A program made the translations under genes and the position numbers. Below the pieces are notes generated by a model. It made no database searches and had not been told where the DNA came from. It worked only from the letters and a program-made list of their open reading frames with translations. A stretch of 55,658 nucleotides of DNA. Origin: a virus. Its lineage: Duplodnaviria; Caudoviricetes. Below are positions 10,344 through 19,477 of this stretch, piece after piece. Positions within the stretch are counted from its first letter, which is position 1; each line of letters begins with the position of its first letter. Location of the stretch: positions 1-55,658 of IMG/VR virus record IMGVR_UViG_3300009304_000001, one strand, 5' to 3'.

Positions 10344-10377
10344 GTCATATAGGAACAGACTATTAAGTTAGGAATAA

Positions 10378-10405
10378 AGGAGGTATCTCCATCATCTTGT
10401 CGAAT
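10378..10405 (+). promoter_or_regulatory. Sigma-H-like moron promoter
   Basis: AGGT-N17-GAAT (GTCGAAT); same motif upstream of three other morons. Confidence 0.5.
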
Positions 10406-10429
10406 GGTGATGAGGTGGGGGTGAAATAA

Positions 10430-10684
10430 TTGAAGTTTAATGATGAGAATTTAACTAAAATCGGTAATGCTTTAACCAAAAAAGGTAATGAAAGACCTTG
10501 CTCTTTCTGCGGGTCTAATGATTTGGTAATAGTTGATGAATTGATCCTCATGAAAAAATCTGATGAAGGGAATTTTCCAGTCATCGTTACTGGGTGTGGG
10601 GATTGCGGGAAAATTGAGACCTTTGCTGCAAACAGATTAGTCCCCGGGTTGTTACCTGGTGGAAAAGATGAGGAAGTTTTTTAA
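10430..10684 (+). CDS. Moron, small Zn-ribbon protein
   Basis: CSFC...CGDC; own promoter, RBS and terminator. Confidence 0.65.
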   Translation: MKFNDENLTKIGNALTKKGNERPCSFCGSNDLVIVDELILMKKSDEGNFPVIVTGCGDCGKIETFAANRLVPGLLPGGKDEEVF

Positions 10685-10701
10685 AGAAATAAATACACAC
10701 T

Positions 10702-10728
10702 AGAACGTCCATATCGGGCGTTCTTTTT
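10702..10728 (+). terminator. Intrinsic terminator
   Basis: AGAACGTCC-atatc-GGGCGTTCT followed by T run. Confidence 0.75.
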
Positions 10729-10754
10729 GTATTGAAAGTTTATGCGGAAAGTAG

Positions 10755-12902
10755 GTGAACACAATAAACGGTCAAACATCAGTGTTTTTACTAGATTTAA
10801 AAGGTAAAGAATATCCAGCCATTGCAGAAGTAAACAGAAAGAAACGAGTGAACGGACAGCGTGAAATTACGTTGTCTTTTTTGTTTGATGAAATAAACAA
10901 GGACTTTCTGCACGATATTGAATACGGTTGGAAAATACTGTTCAAAGGTGAATGGTACACGATTATAAACCCGTCTTATGCACTCGATGGAGATAAGTTT
11001 TCCGTCGGTGTGGATGCTGTCCTATCATTTTTTGTTGATATGAACGGATATTATCTACAAGACGACGTAGAGGGGGTGTCGAAAACCCCGGCATCTTATT
11101 TTACAGCTTTATTCCAAGGGACTGGTTATAGCTATATACTAGCCGATAATCTAGCCGCCAACACATTAAGCTATCAAGCCAATCAAAGTAAAACAGAACG
11201 CTTTCTATACGGAGTTGATCGGTTTAAAGGTGAGTATGTAATCAGAGGTAAAGTCGCTTATATGCACGGGTTAATTGGCTCTGATAAGGATGTTATATTG
11301 CATGAGGATTTGAACATACAAGACGTATCGGTTGAAGTGGACGGGAGCGGATTTCATACCTGGGCAAAAGGATTCGGGAATAAAGACGATAGCGAAGAAG
11401 ACTCTGACTACAAGCTAGAAACAGATTATTTCATACCAGCATTAGTCGAAAAGTATGGTTGGATTGAAGGTCCTGCAATTAGGGATGGGTCTTATAAGGA
11501 TGAAACTAATTTAAAGGATGCAATTAAAAAACAAATAGAAAACAGCGCACCGACATCTACCACAGTCACCGCTGTTGATTTAAGCAATAACGGTTATCCA
11601 GAAATGCAGTTTGAAGAGGGCGACCGAGTATGGCTGTACGTCACTCTGCTGAAACAGAATCAACAAGTAAGAGTAGTAGAGATTGACGAGACTTTCGATT
11701 GGGAAGGTAATGTTATTGCTGTCCAATATACCATCGGAAACGAGGGTATTGCCACACGATATAAAACACAGCAGTATGATACGTTAAAAGATTTTCAAGA
11801 TATTTCATCTGGTCGGAAAACGCTAGAATTCAACTGGTTGCCAGAAGCTATAAAACGAGCAGCTGAAATAATAAACGGCAATATTGATAGTCTATTCCGT
11901 TATGGCGCGGGTGAGATCATCGGCATCAACACGGGTAATCCTAATGGCTATATGCGGTTTAATACGGATGGTATAGGGTTTAGTCGTGACGGTGGCAAGA
12001 CTTACCGAACAGCAATCACATATGAGGGTATTGTGGCTGATGCGATAGTTACAGGGACCTTGCGAAGCATACTCATTGAAGCCGTGGAGATATACGGTAG
12101 CTACATAAACGGCGGGACTATTGAAGGTACGAATATTAACGGTTCAACATTTACATCCAAGAAAACCGACAATGACTATATGACGATAAGCGGTTCGAGG
12201 TTGTTATCTTATGGCGTTCATAATCGTCAGTGGATGGGAGAAACCGGAAATAACATAGTTAAAATATTGATTGAACACGGGCAAGTCAGGGCGCGGAACG
12301 ATGATAAAAACTGGTCGCTGTACTTTAATGATTATGGATTATCCACATTCTCAGATGGTGATGGTGCAGGTTTTGATGGCGATGCATCGGGTGCGCTTGA
12401 ATTCCATAGTACAAGATATTCAGGCGGTGCATACCGAGGGCTAACAATTATGTCGGCTGGACGTTTAGCGCTTGAGTCTTCTAATCCAACAGGTAGCAGG
12501 ATCTATATAAACCCTAGGGGTGCGAGTGTTAGAATATCTGACATTGATGATAATTATTACAACATCGCAGCAGCAGGATTTAATCAGTCGAGCCGTACCA
12601 CTCAAAAAAGAAATATTAAAGTTCTAGAAGACGATGCATTAGGGATTATTAACTCTTTAAATATTAAAGAATACAAACGATTAACGAGTGGAGAATCTAC
12701 CGAACTAGATCAGTGGCAAGTAGGTATTTTAGTCGAAGAAGCACCCTATCAACTATTGGCTGATGGCGATAGCGTAGATGTCTACTCATATTTAAACTAT
12801 GTAGCTCGTGGACTACAACAACATTATGGTATAACCGCTATCCACGATGAAAGAATACAGGATTTAGAAATCAGATTAAATAAGTTAGAGGGAGTGGCTT
12901 AA
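10755..12902 (+). CDS. Tal / tail spike with prophage-tail N-terminus and C-terminal S74-like intramolecular chaperone
   Basis: RKKRVNGQREITLSF; GIGFSRDGGKTYRTAIT; QSSRTTQKRNIKVL...VGILVEE. Confidence 0.8.
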   Translation: MNTINGQTSVFLLDLKGKEYPAIAEVNRKKRVNGQREITLSFLFDEINKDFLHDIEYGWKILFKGEWYTIINPSYALDGDKFSVGVDAVLSFFVDMNGYYLQDDVEGVSKTPASYFTALFQGTGYSYILADNLAANTLSYQANQSKTERFLYGVDRFKGEYVIRGKVAYMHGLIGSDKDVILHEDLNIQDVSVEVDGSGFHTWAKGFGNKDDSEEDSDYKLETDYFIPALVEKYGWIEGPAIRDGSYKDETNLKDAIKKQIENSAPTSTTVTAVDLSNNGYPEMQFEEGDRVWLYVTLLKQNQQVRVVEIDETFDWEGNVIAVQYTIGNEGIATRYKTQQYDTLKDFQDISSGRKTLEFNWLPEAIKRAAEIINGNIDSLFRYGAGEIIGINTGNPNGYMRFNTDGIGFSRDGGKTYRTAITYEGIVADAIVTGTLRSILIEAVEIYGSYINGGTIEGTNINGSTFTSKKTDNDYMTISGSRLLSYGVHNRQWMGETGNNIVKILIEHGQVRARNDDKNWSLYFNDYGLSTFSDGDGAGFDGDASGALEFHSTRYSGGAYRGLTIMSAGRLALESSNPTGSRIYINPRGASVRISDIDDNYYNIAAAGFNQSSRTTQKRNIKVLEDDALGIINSLNIKEYKRLTSGESTELDQWQVGILVEEAPYQLLADGDSVDVYSYLNYVARGLQQHYGITAIHDERIQDLEIRLNKLEGVA

Positions 12903-12905
12903 ATA

Positions 12906-13139
12906 ATGAATCCACAAGACGGACAAGGAACGCAATTAAATCCAGAGCATGTAATCAATTCACTATTGAATCAAAACTCAACATTATCACTTACTAGCGC
13001 ACAACTTAACGCGGTTATCATTGGGCAATCGGCGGCAATAGAAGATAAGGATAAACGCATCAAGGAACTAGAAATGGAAAACAAACAATTACACGAGGGC
13101 ACGGAAGGTGTTAAGAAAGAGGTGGAAAAGTATGGGTAA
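12906..13139 (+). CDS. Small coiled-coil phage protein
   Basis: RBS GAGGGAG; follows Tal. Confidence 0.6.
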   Translation: MNPQDGQGTQLNPEHVINSLLNQNSTLSLTSAQLNAVIIGQSAAIEDKDKRIKELEMENKQLHEGTEGVKKEVEKYG

Positions 13140-13413
13140 AAACAAATTAAGTTTTTCTGAAACAGGAATATCCACATTCGAAAAAAGCGAATCGGATTTA
13201 ATTTTTAATGATGCAGGAATTTCGATTGTCGAAGAAGGGGTTTCAAGAAATCTTGTTTCGGCGACTGAGGGTGGTGGCTACGGGATCACATTGGGCACGT
13301 TATACGCACCCAAAGTGTTAGTTAGTGATTCTCTATTGGAACAATGCAGAGTCGCAACTATGGAAGAAGTGGCTAGCTACCATTCGATTAGAGCGAGTGG
13401 TTTCGTAAAGTAA
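13132..13413 (+). CDS. Hypothetical protein
   Basis: ATG overlapping upstream gene with GAGGTG RBS. Confidence 0.5.
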   Translation: MGKNKLSFSETGISTFEKSESDLIFNDAGISIVEEGVSRNLVSATEGGGYGITLGTLYAPKVLVSDSLLEQCRVATMEEVASYHSIRASGFVK

Positions 13414-13419
13414 TAAAGA

Positions 13420-13445
13420 AGGATATTTTCCTCTTTTTGTCGAAT
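13420..13445 (+). promoter_or_regulatory. Sigma-H-like moron promoter
   Basis: AGGA-N18-GAAT matches the B. subtilis SigH consensus. Confidence 0.6.
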
Positions 13446-13466
13446 GGTGATGAAAGGAGGAATCGC

Positions 13467-13883
13467 ATGAATTGGGATTTAATCATCGGTTTAATTGTTG
13501 GTTTGTCTGGATCAATAATGACGTTGATTGGCACTATCGTTGCTAATAAACAAAACCACAAACATGAACTAGAGACAATTAAACAAAATCATGAACTCGA
13601 AAAAGATTTGATTCGACAAAATCATGAGCAAGAAATGCAGTTGTCTATTCAGAAATTCACCTTAGAAAATTCATTTAAAGAGTATGAATTGAGAACTAAA
13701 TTAGGTGAAGAAATTAATGCTCTTGGTGAAGAGTCTGTTAAACTTTACCCTTATGATATGTATCTAGTGTCTTACATGAAAATTGCCGAATATTTATCAA
13801 ATGATGAGAAAGATAGCGAATCATTAAGTATTTTATTATGGGATATGAGTTTAATTAAAGGCAAGTATAATGAATACAATTGA
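13467..13883 (+). CDS. Moron, membrane-anchored protein
   Basis: AAAGGAGG RBS; N-terminal TM helix; QNHE repeats. Confidence 0.65.
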   Translation: MNWDLIIGLIVGLSGSIMTLIGTIVANKQNHKHELETIKQNHELEKDLIRQNHEQEMQLSIQKFTLENSFKEYELRTKLGEEINALGEESVKLYPYDMYLVSYMKIAEYLSNDEKDSESLSILLWDMSLIKGKYNEYN

Positions 13884-13908
13884 ATCGACTAACCAAATAT
13901 TATTATTG

Positions 13909-13935
13909 AGAACGTCCACCCGGGCGTTCTTTTTG
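13909..13935 (+). terminator. Intrinsic terminator (same family as 10702)
   Basis: AGAACGTCC-accc-GGGCGTTCT followed by T run. Confidence 0.75.
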
Positions 13936-13992
13936 TGTTTAACAAGAACTACCTTCATAATATTTAAATAAGGATATTATGGAGGGATTAAT

Positions 13993-14418
13993 ATGTTTGC
14001 AACAAGCTGTCAATTGGCAGGAACAGTATTGCTAGGGTATATGATAGCTTTTAGGAAAAGGGAAAAGATTATTGGTGATAGTTCAATTCAAGTTTGGGTA
14101 AGTCATGAAAAGCCAATGTTAGCTAAAGATAAGTGGATAGAAACCTACGGTTACAGAATCGGTTTTTTCTATATAATAGTAGGTTACTTACTAACCGTTA
14201 TCGAAAAGGAAATTAAAATACCTGTTTCTGGTGAGATTTTTTTAATTTGCTTTGTAGCTATTGTACTTTCAATTATCGGGATAGGCATTAGTGAAGGTTT
14301 AGGTAGTTGGAGGTTTAATAAAATGACTGTCGTAGAGTTTGCGGATAATGCTCCTGACGGAACTGTGATGATTGAATTTACCGAAGAAGAACTCGAGGAG
14401 AATAATAAAACATTGTAA
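13993..14418 (+). CDS. Moron, multi-TM membrane protein
   Basis: Three hydrophobic segments; GGAGGG RBS inside a hairpin; terminator at ~14418-14446. Confidence 0.65.
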   Translation: MFATSCQLAGTVLLGYMIAFRKREKIIGDSSIQVWVSHEKPMLAKDKWIETYGYRIGFFYIIVGYLLTVIEKEIKIPVSGEIFLICFVAIVLSIIGIGISEGLGSWRFNKMTVVEFADNAPDGTVMIEFTEEELEENNKTL

Positions 14419-14471
14419 AGGGCGCCTATATTCGGCGTTCTTTTTGTTTTCAATAAATAAGGAGGTGCGGG

Positions 14472-14732
14472 ATGCCGGATGAAAAGCAATGGTACACAAA
14501 CAAAGATTTATTTGAGCAAATCACGGCATTGCAAAGTGAGATGCTTATTACACGTACTACCATAAAAAAATACAACGGGCTTTACACTAAGTTAGCGGAT
14601 GTAAAAGAGGTTGTTGACGAAATGCAAGCGAAGCAAGAGGGCAGAAACTCCGTTGGTACTGCCATTAGGAATTGGGGCGGTTGGATATTTGGCTTAGCTT
14701 CGTTTTTAGTTTTACTATCAAAAATATTGTAA
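14472..14732 (+). CDS. XhlA-like lysis-associated protein
   Basis: Coiled coil plus C-terminal TM helix, upstream of holin. Confidence 0.55.
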   Translation: MPDEKQWYTNKDLFEQITALQSEMLITRTTIKKYNGLYTKLADVKEVVDEMQAKQEGRNSVGTAIRNWGGWIFGLASFLVLLSKIL

Positions 14733-14742
14733 GGAGTGTTGA

Positions 14743-15012
14743 ATGATGGGTGAATTATTAAACGAATATATCGTACAGCAAGCACTGATTGTCATTCCAG
14801 TGCTTTTAATTTTGGGTAAAATCATTAAGGAGACGCCGAACATTAAGGATTGGCTGATACCTTATGTCTTGCTAGTTTTAGGAGTGGTTTTTGCGGTTGC
14901 ATTGATGGGTTTCCACGTGGATTCTTTCATTCAAGGGGTTTTGGTGAGTGGAGCGGCGGTCTTTGGAAATCAGTTGTATAAGCAAGCTACGGAGCAGGAG
15001 AGTGACGAGTAA
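14743..15012 (+). CDS. Holin
   Basis: Three TM segments, KDWLIPYVL and QGVLVSGAAVFGNQLYKQ; upstream of endolysin. Confidence 0.85.
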   Translation: MMGELLNEYIVQQALIVIPVLLILGKIIKETPNIKDWLIPYVLLVLGVVFAVALMGFHVDSFIQGVLVSGAAVFGNQLYKQATEQESDE

Positions 15013-15059
15013 ATTGTTGCTCTTTTTTAATATGAAAAAATAGAGGGAGATTGATAGAT

Positions 15060-16091
15060 ATGGTTAAAATAGCATTAGACGCAGGACACGGTATTCATAC
15101 AGCAGGAAAAAGAACGCCTGCAGGTGAACGAGAGTGGACATTTAACAATAAAGTAGTCTTGGCCGCAATTGCGAAATTAAAAACATACGATAACGTTCAG
15201 ATTCTGCGCCTTGACGATCCGACAGGTAATAACGACGTACCATTAATTACGCGAACCAACAAGGCTAATTCTTGGGGTGCCGATGTATTGGTGTCTGCCC
15301 ATCATAACGCTCATATGGGTGTCTGGGGTGACCATGGTGGAGCAGAAACATATGTGCACCCAACAGGCAGACGAGCATCGTATGATTTAGCGAACATCGT
15401 ACAACCATTGATTACTAAGGCAATGGGATTGCGTAATCGAGGGGTTAAGCAGTTAAATCTCCACATGGTTCGGGAATCAAACATGGCGGCTATATTGACC
15501 GAGGGTGGCTTTATGGATAGCACAATGGACATTGATGCATTACGTTCGGATACTAAATTAAAAGCGCAAGGCGTGGCGATTGCAGAGGGGTTGGCAGTTT
15601 ATTATAAATTAAAACCTAAGACTGGATCAGCGGCAAAACCTAAACCTTCTACTCCTGCACCAAAGCCAACTCCAAAACCGTCAACTGGCAATCTTGGACT
15701 AGTCGATTGGATGAAAGATAACAAAATGGATTCTAGTTTTTCGAGTCGAGCAAAGTTATACGGTGCTGGATATAAAGGTACAGCGGCACAAAATACAGCA
15801 TTGTTAAGCAAGTTGCAAAATAATACCGTAAGTAAACCGGCAGCTAAACCTAAGCCAGTCGCAATAAAGAACACAGTCACTTTACCAAGGACTGCCAAAA
15901 CATGGCGTACATACAAACTTAATGTACAGCCTGTTAAAGCTAACAGCGACTGGTCACTCACTCCAAGCGCATTTGGTGGATTAACATATACAATATTAGG
16001 GAGACCCTACGCTAACGTCGTGACAATCTATACGGGCCGTGGTAAACGTAATATCTTTGTTGGACCTGGTACCGGAGCAGTAATTAAATAA
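15060..16091 (+). CDS. Endolysin, N-acetylmuramoyl-L-alanine amidase (Amidase_3) with C-terminal cell-wall-binding domains
   Basis: IALDAGHG, VSAHHNA, ILTEGGFMD; Pro/Lys linker; DUF3597-like and PlyPSA-CBD-like C-terminus. Confidence 0.9.
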   Translation: MVKIALDAGHGIHTAGKRTPAGEREWTFNNKVVLAAIAKLKTYDNVQILRLDDPTGNNDVPLITRTNKANSWGADVLVSAHHNAHMGVWGDHGGAETYVHPTGRRASYDLANIVQPLITKAMGLRNRGVKQLNLHMVRESNMAAILTEGGFMDSTMDIDALRSDTKLKAQGVAIAEGLAVYYKLKPKTGSAAKPKPSTPAPKPTPKPSTGNLGLVDWMKDNKMDSSFSSRAKLYGAGYKGTAAQNTALLSKLQNNTVSKPAAKPKPVAIKNTVTLPRTAKTWRTYKLNVQPVKANSDWSLTPSAFGGLTYTILGRPYANVVTIYTGRGKRNIFVGPGTGAVIK

Positions 16092-16226
16092 GGGTTGATT
16101 TAATTATCTGTTATTGTACAAGAAAAGGCGTCTACTCATTAATTTGAGCGGTTGCCTTTTTTATTTTGAAAATTAAAAGATATTACATCCTCTTGTCGAA
16201 GGGAATTAATACAGGAGGGGGATTAT

Positions 16227-16400
16227 ATGAAAAAATCGGTTTAAATAGAGTTTAAAACCGGGCAAGACACGCAGTTTGAAACTGACACAAATATACTTTT
16301 ACTAGAGCCCGTGAATATTAATGGTGCCAAAATGGTTATGACCAAAGATGAGTATGGCATTAATCTTGGACAAGTTAAAAAGTGGAATCGTTCAAGTTGA
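16227..16400 (+). pseudogene. Decayed small moron (in-frame TAA at codon 6); duplicated at 17693-17866
   Basis: Strong RBS GGAGGGGG; MKKSV*IEFKTGQDTQFETD...; degenerate SigH-like promoter AAGA-N17-GAAG. Confidence 0.55.
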
Positions 16401-16583
16401 TCATGGGAAAATTGCCGAAATCGTTAATCCGTGAATTGTAATTTAAAGGGCGACACTCGTGAGGAATCTCATTGGGGATGCCTTTTTTATTCCAATCAGG
16501 AGAATATAAAACTGACTGATAAGCTTCTCAAATCACCAGTACTATGATACGGTAGTATACATATACTATATTTATAGGAATGA

Positions 16584-17027
16584 ATGCAAATGGAGTTTAT
16601 TGGGTATCATGGTACTGCAGAGTCAGTTCACAGGCTTTTAGATGGAGATAAATTAAGAAGAAAAAAATTTCAATATGGTGCATTGCCTGGCGATTTGGGG
16701 ACAGGAACATACTTCTTCAAAGATGACCCGGCGTTAGCTTATGCCTTCGCCAGTAAGGTTAGTTCTTCTTCGATTAGTGTGATCGAGGGAAATATCGCGG
16801 TAAAGGTTGAAGAAGTACTTGATTTAAATGATCCTGAATCATTGCATTTTTTTAACGAATTTAAATGGAAAATGCTTGACCAAGTTAAGAAAACCTTTGG
16901 AAATCTCAGGGGGCGTAGGGATTGTATTGATGGAATAGTTATTAATCAAATGGTAAGATTAGCAAAGAGTAAAGATAATCAGACACTGAAATTGGTTATC
17001 AGAGACACATATACACAGACAGATTAA
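16584..17027 (+). pseudogene. C-terminally truncated copy of the ART toxin gene
   Basis: Identical to the 18050 ORF for 146 aa, cut at the duplication junction; lacks TELCV. Confidence 0.8.
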
Positions 17028-17038
17028 AAGCGCAAGGC

Positions 17039-17557
17039 GTGGCGATTGCAGAGGGGTTGGCAGTTTATTATAAATTAAAACCTAAGACTGGATCAGCGGC
17101 AAAACCTAAACCTTCTACTCCTGCACCAAAGCCAACTCCAAAACCGTCAACTGGCAATCTTGGACTAGTCGATTGGATGAAAGATAACAAAATGGATTCT
17201 AGTTTTTCGAGTCGAGCAAAGTTATACGGTGCTGGATATAAAGGTACAGCGGCACAAAATACAGCATTGTTAAGCAAGTTGCAAAATAATACCGTAAGTA
17301 AACCGGCAGCTAAACCTAAGCCAGTCGCAATAAAGAACACAGTCACTTTACCAAGGACTGCCAAAACATGGCGTACATACAAACTTAATGTACAGCCTGT
17401 TAAAGCTAACAGCGACTGGTCACTCACTCCAAGCGCATTTGGTGGATTAACATATACAATATTAGGGAGACCCTACGCTAACGTCGTGACAATCTATACG
17501 GGCCGTGGTAAACGTAATATCTTTGTTGGACCTGGTACCGGAGCAGTAATTAAATAA
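17039..17557 (+). pseudogene. Endolysin C-terminal fragment (binding domains only) created by the duplication
   Basis: Identical to endolysin 3' half; weak RBS. Confidence 0.75.
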
Positions 17558-18049
17558 GGGTTGATTTAATTATCTGTTATTGTACAAGAAAAGGCGTCTA
17601 CTCATTAATTTGAGCGGTTGCCTTTTTTATTTTGAAAATTAAAAGATATTACATCCTCTTGTCGAAGGGAATTAATACAGGAGGGGGATTATATGAAAAA
17701 ATCGGTTTAAATAGAGTTTAAAACCGGGCAAGACACGCAGTTTGAAACTGACACAAATATACTTTTACTAGAGCCCGTGAATATTAATGGTGCCAAAATG
17801 GTTATGACCAAAGATGAGTATGGCATTAATCTTGGACAAGTTAAAAAGTGGAATCGTTCAAGTTGATCATGGGAAAATTGCCGAAATCGTTAATCCGTGA
17901 ATTGTAATTTAAAGGGCGACACTCGTGAGGAATCTCATTGGGGATGCCTTTTTTATTCCAATCAGGAGAATATAAAACTGACTGATAAGCTTCTCAAATC
18001 ACCAGTACTATGATACGGTAGTATACATATACTATATTTATAGGAATGA

Positions 18050-18613
18050 ATGCAAATGGAGTTTATTGGGTATCATGGTACTGCAGAGTCAGTTCACAGG
18101 CTTTTAGATGGAGATAAATTAAGAAGAAAAAAATTTCAATATGGTGCATTGCCTGGCGATTTGGGGACAGGAACATACTTCTTCAAAGATGACCCGGCGT
18201 TAGCTTATGCCTTCGCCAGTAAGGTTAGTTCTTCTTCGATTAGTGTGATCGAGGGAAATATCGCGGTAAAGGTTGAAGAAGTACTTGATTTAAATGATCC
18301 TGAATCATTGCATTTTTTTAACGAATTTAAATGGAAAATGCTTGACCAAGTTAAGAAAACCTTTGGAAATCTCAGGGGGCGTAGGGATTGTATTGATGGA
18401 ATAGTTATTAATCAAATGGTAAGATTAGCAAAGAGTAAAGATAATCAGACACTGAAATTGGTTATCAGAGACACATATACACAGACAGAGGATTATTCAT
18501 ACGAAAAGAACGGAAGGGAAAGATACTTTATTTCGAACTTTCCTAACGGAACTGAATTATGTGTGATTGACGAATCGATTGTGCAGAGAGGTGTGAGTTA
18601 TAATGGGGTTTAA
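18050..18613 (+). CDS. ADP-ribosyltransferase-fold toxin, CmdT-like
   Basis: GYHGT, GDLGTGTYFF and C-terminal TELCV (H-Y-E pattern); first gene of an operon ending in a SecB-like gene. Confidence 0.65.
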   Translation: MQMEFIGYHGTAESVHRLLDGDKLRRKKFQYGALPGDLGTGTYFFKDDPALAYAFASKVSSSSISVIEGNIAVKVEEVLDLNDPESLHFFNEFKWKMLDQVKKTFGNLRGRRDCIDGIVINQMVRLAKSKDNQTLKLVIRDTYTQTEDYSYEKNGRERYFISNFPNGTELCVIDESIVQRGVSYNGV

Positions 18614-18953
18614 ATTTAAAAATGATGTAAATTTTTATATCGATTCATTAACGCCGGAGATGTTAAAGGAAACTTTTGAAGAATATGGGTTTACACTAGA
18701 GGATGAGGAAAAGTCTGTTAAGGTGAAACATGGATTTATTCGTCAAATCAGTCCAATTCCAGCCATAAAAGATTTAATTTATTCAGGGTCTAATGTGATA
18801 ATGAATACGTCGCCCTATACAGTAGTTGTTGGGGGACTCGACATTTCTGAAACTGTCAGTTTTTCTAAAATGACAGAGGTTGAAAGTCATCCATTGTCAG
18901 CTAGATTCGAGCGGATGAATATTGGTCAAATTAATTTAACAGGGGTTAGTTAA
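18603..18953 (+). CDS. Putative antitoxin, CmdA-like
   Basis: Overlaps toxin stop; middle gene of TAC-like triad; inferred from position. Confidence 0.5.
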   Translation: MGFKFKNDVNFYIDSLTPEMLKETFEEYGFTLEDEEKSVKVKHGFIRQISPIPAIKDLIYSGSNVIMNTSPYTVVVGGLDISETVSFSKMTEVESHPLSARFERMNIGQINLTGVS

Positions 18954-18955
18954 CT

Positions 18956-19375
18956 ATGAAGCAGAAAGATATAATAGAATTTTTAGAAGTTAAAATTGTT
19001 AGTACTATTTTTGAGATTAACGATAATTATGAAAGTCCAAAAGGTCATAAAATCAATTACGAAATGAATTTCGTGCCAGAATTTTTTATTAATAAGGATG
19101 ATGAAAAAGATGGTTTGGTTAGTTTGAAAGCTACCTTTTTCGATGAGAATTTTGAAGAGAATAATGAACCTTTTTTCTTGAAACTAGAAGTAAGAGGCCA
19201 TTTCGTATCTAAAGATGATAAGCCACTTAGAGAGTATTCGATTAACTGTCTGAATATAATGGTTCCTTATGTAAGAAGCTATGTTACTACTTTTACTGCC
19301 TTGGCAGGAATGGAACCCGTGAACTTTCCACCAATAAACATTTATGATATGTTGATGGAAACAGAAAATGATTAA
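18956..19375 (+). CDS. SecB-like chaperone, CmdC-like
   Basis: PFFLKLEVRGHF, NCLNIMVPYVRSYVTTFT, PVNFPPIN (SecB signature). Confidence 0.85.
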   Translation: MKQKDIIEFLEVKIVSTIFEINDNYESPKGHKINYEMNFVPEFFINKDDEKDGLVSLKATFFDENFEENNEPFFLKLEVRGHFVSKDDKPLREYSINCLNIMVPYVRSYVTTFTALAGMEPVNFPPINIYDMLMETEND

Positions 19376-19387
19376 ATATAAATTTTG

Positions 19388-19412
19388 AAGCATCTCACCC
19401 GAGGTGCTTTTT
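19388..19412 (+). terminator. Intrinsic terminator of the TAC operon
   Basis: AAGCATCTC-accc-GAGGTGCTT followed by T run. Confidence 0.75.
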
Positions 19413-19429
19413 ATTTGTCCAATTATAAA

Positions 19430-19454
19430 AGGATATTTAGTCCGCGTGTCGAAT
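19430..19454 (+). promoter_or_regulatory. Sigma-H-like moron promoter
   Basis: AGGA-N17-GAAT. Confidence 0.6.
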
Positions 19455-19477
19455 CTTGTTGGCGGGGGGGATAAATA

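Larger units (their letters stand above)
15557..18489 (+). repeat. Apparently exact 1466-bp tandem duplication (15557-17022 / 17023-18489)
   Basis: Identical ORFs offset by 1466 bp; junction CAGACAG-A-TTAAAAGCG with 1-bp microhomology. Confidence 0.95.
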
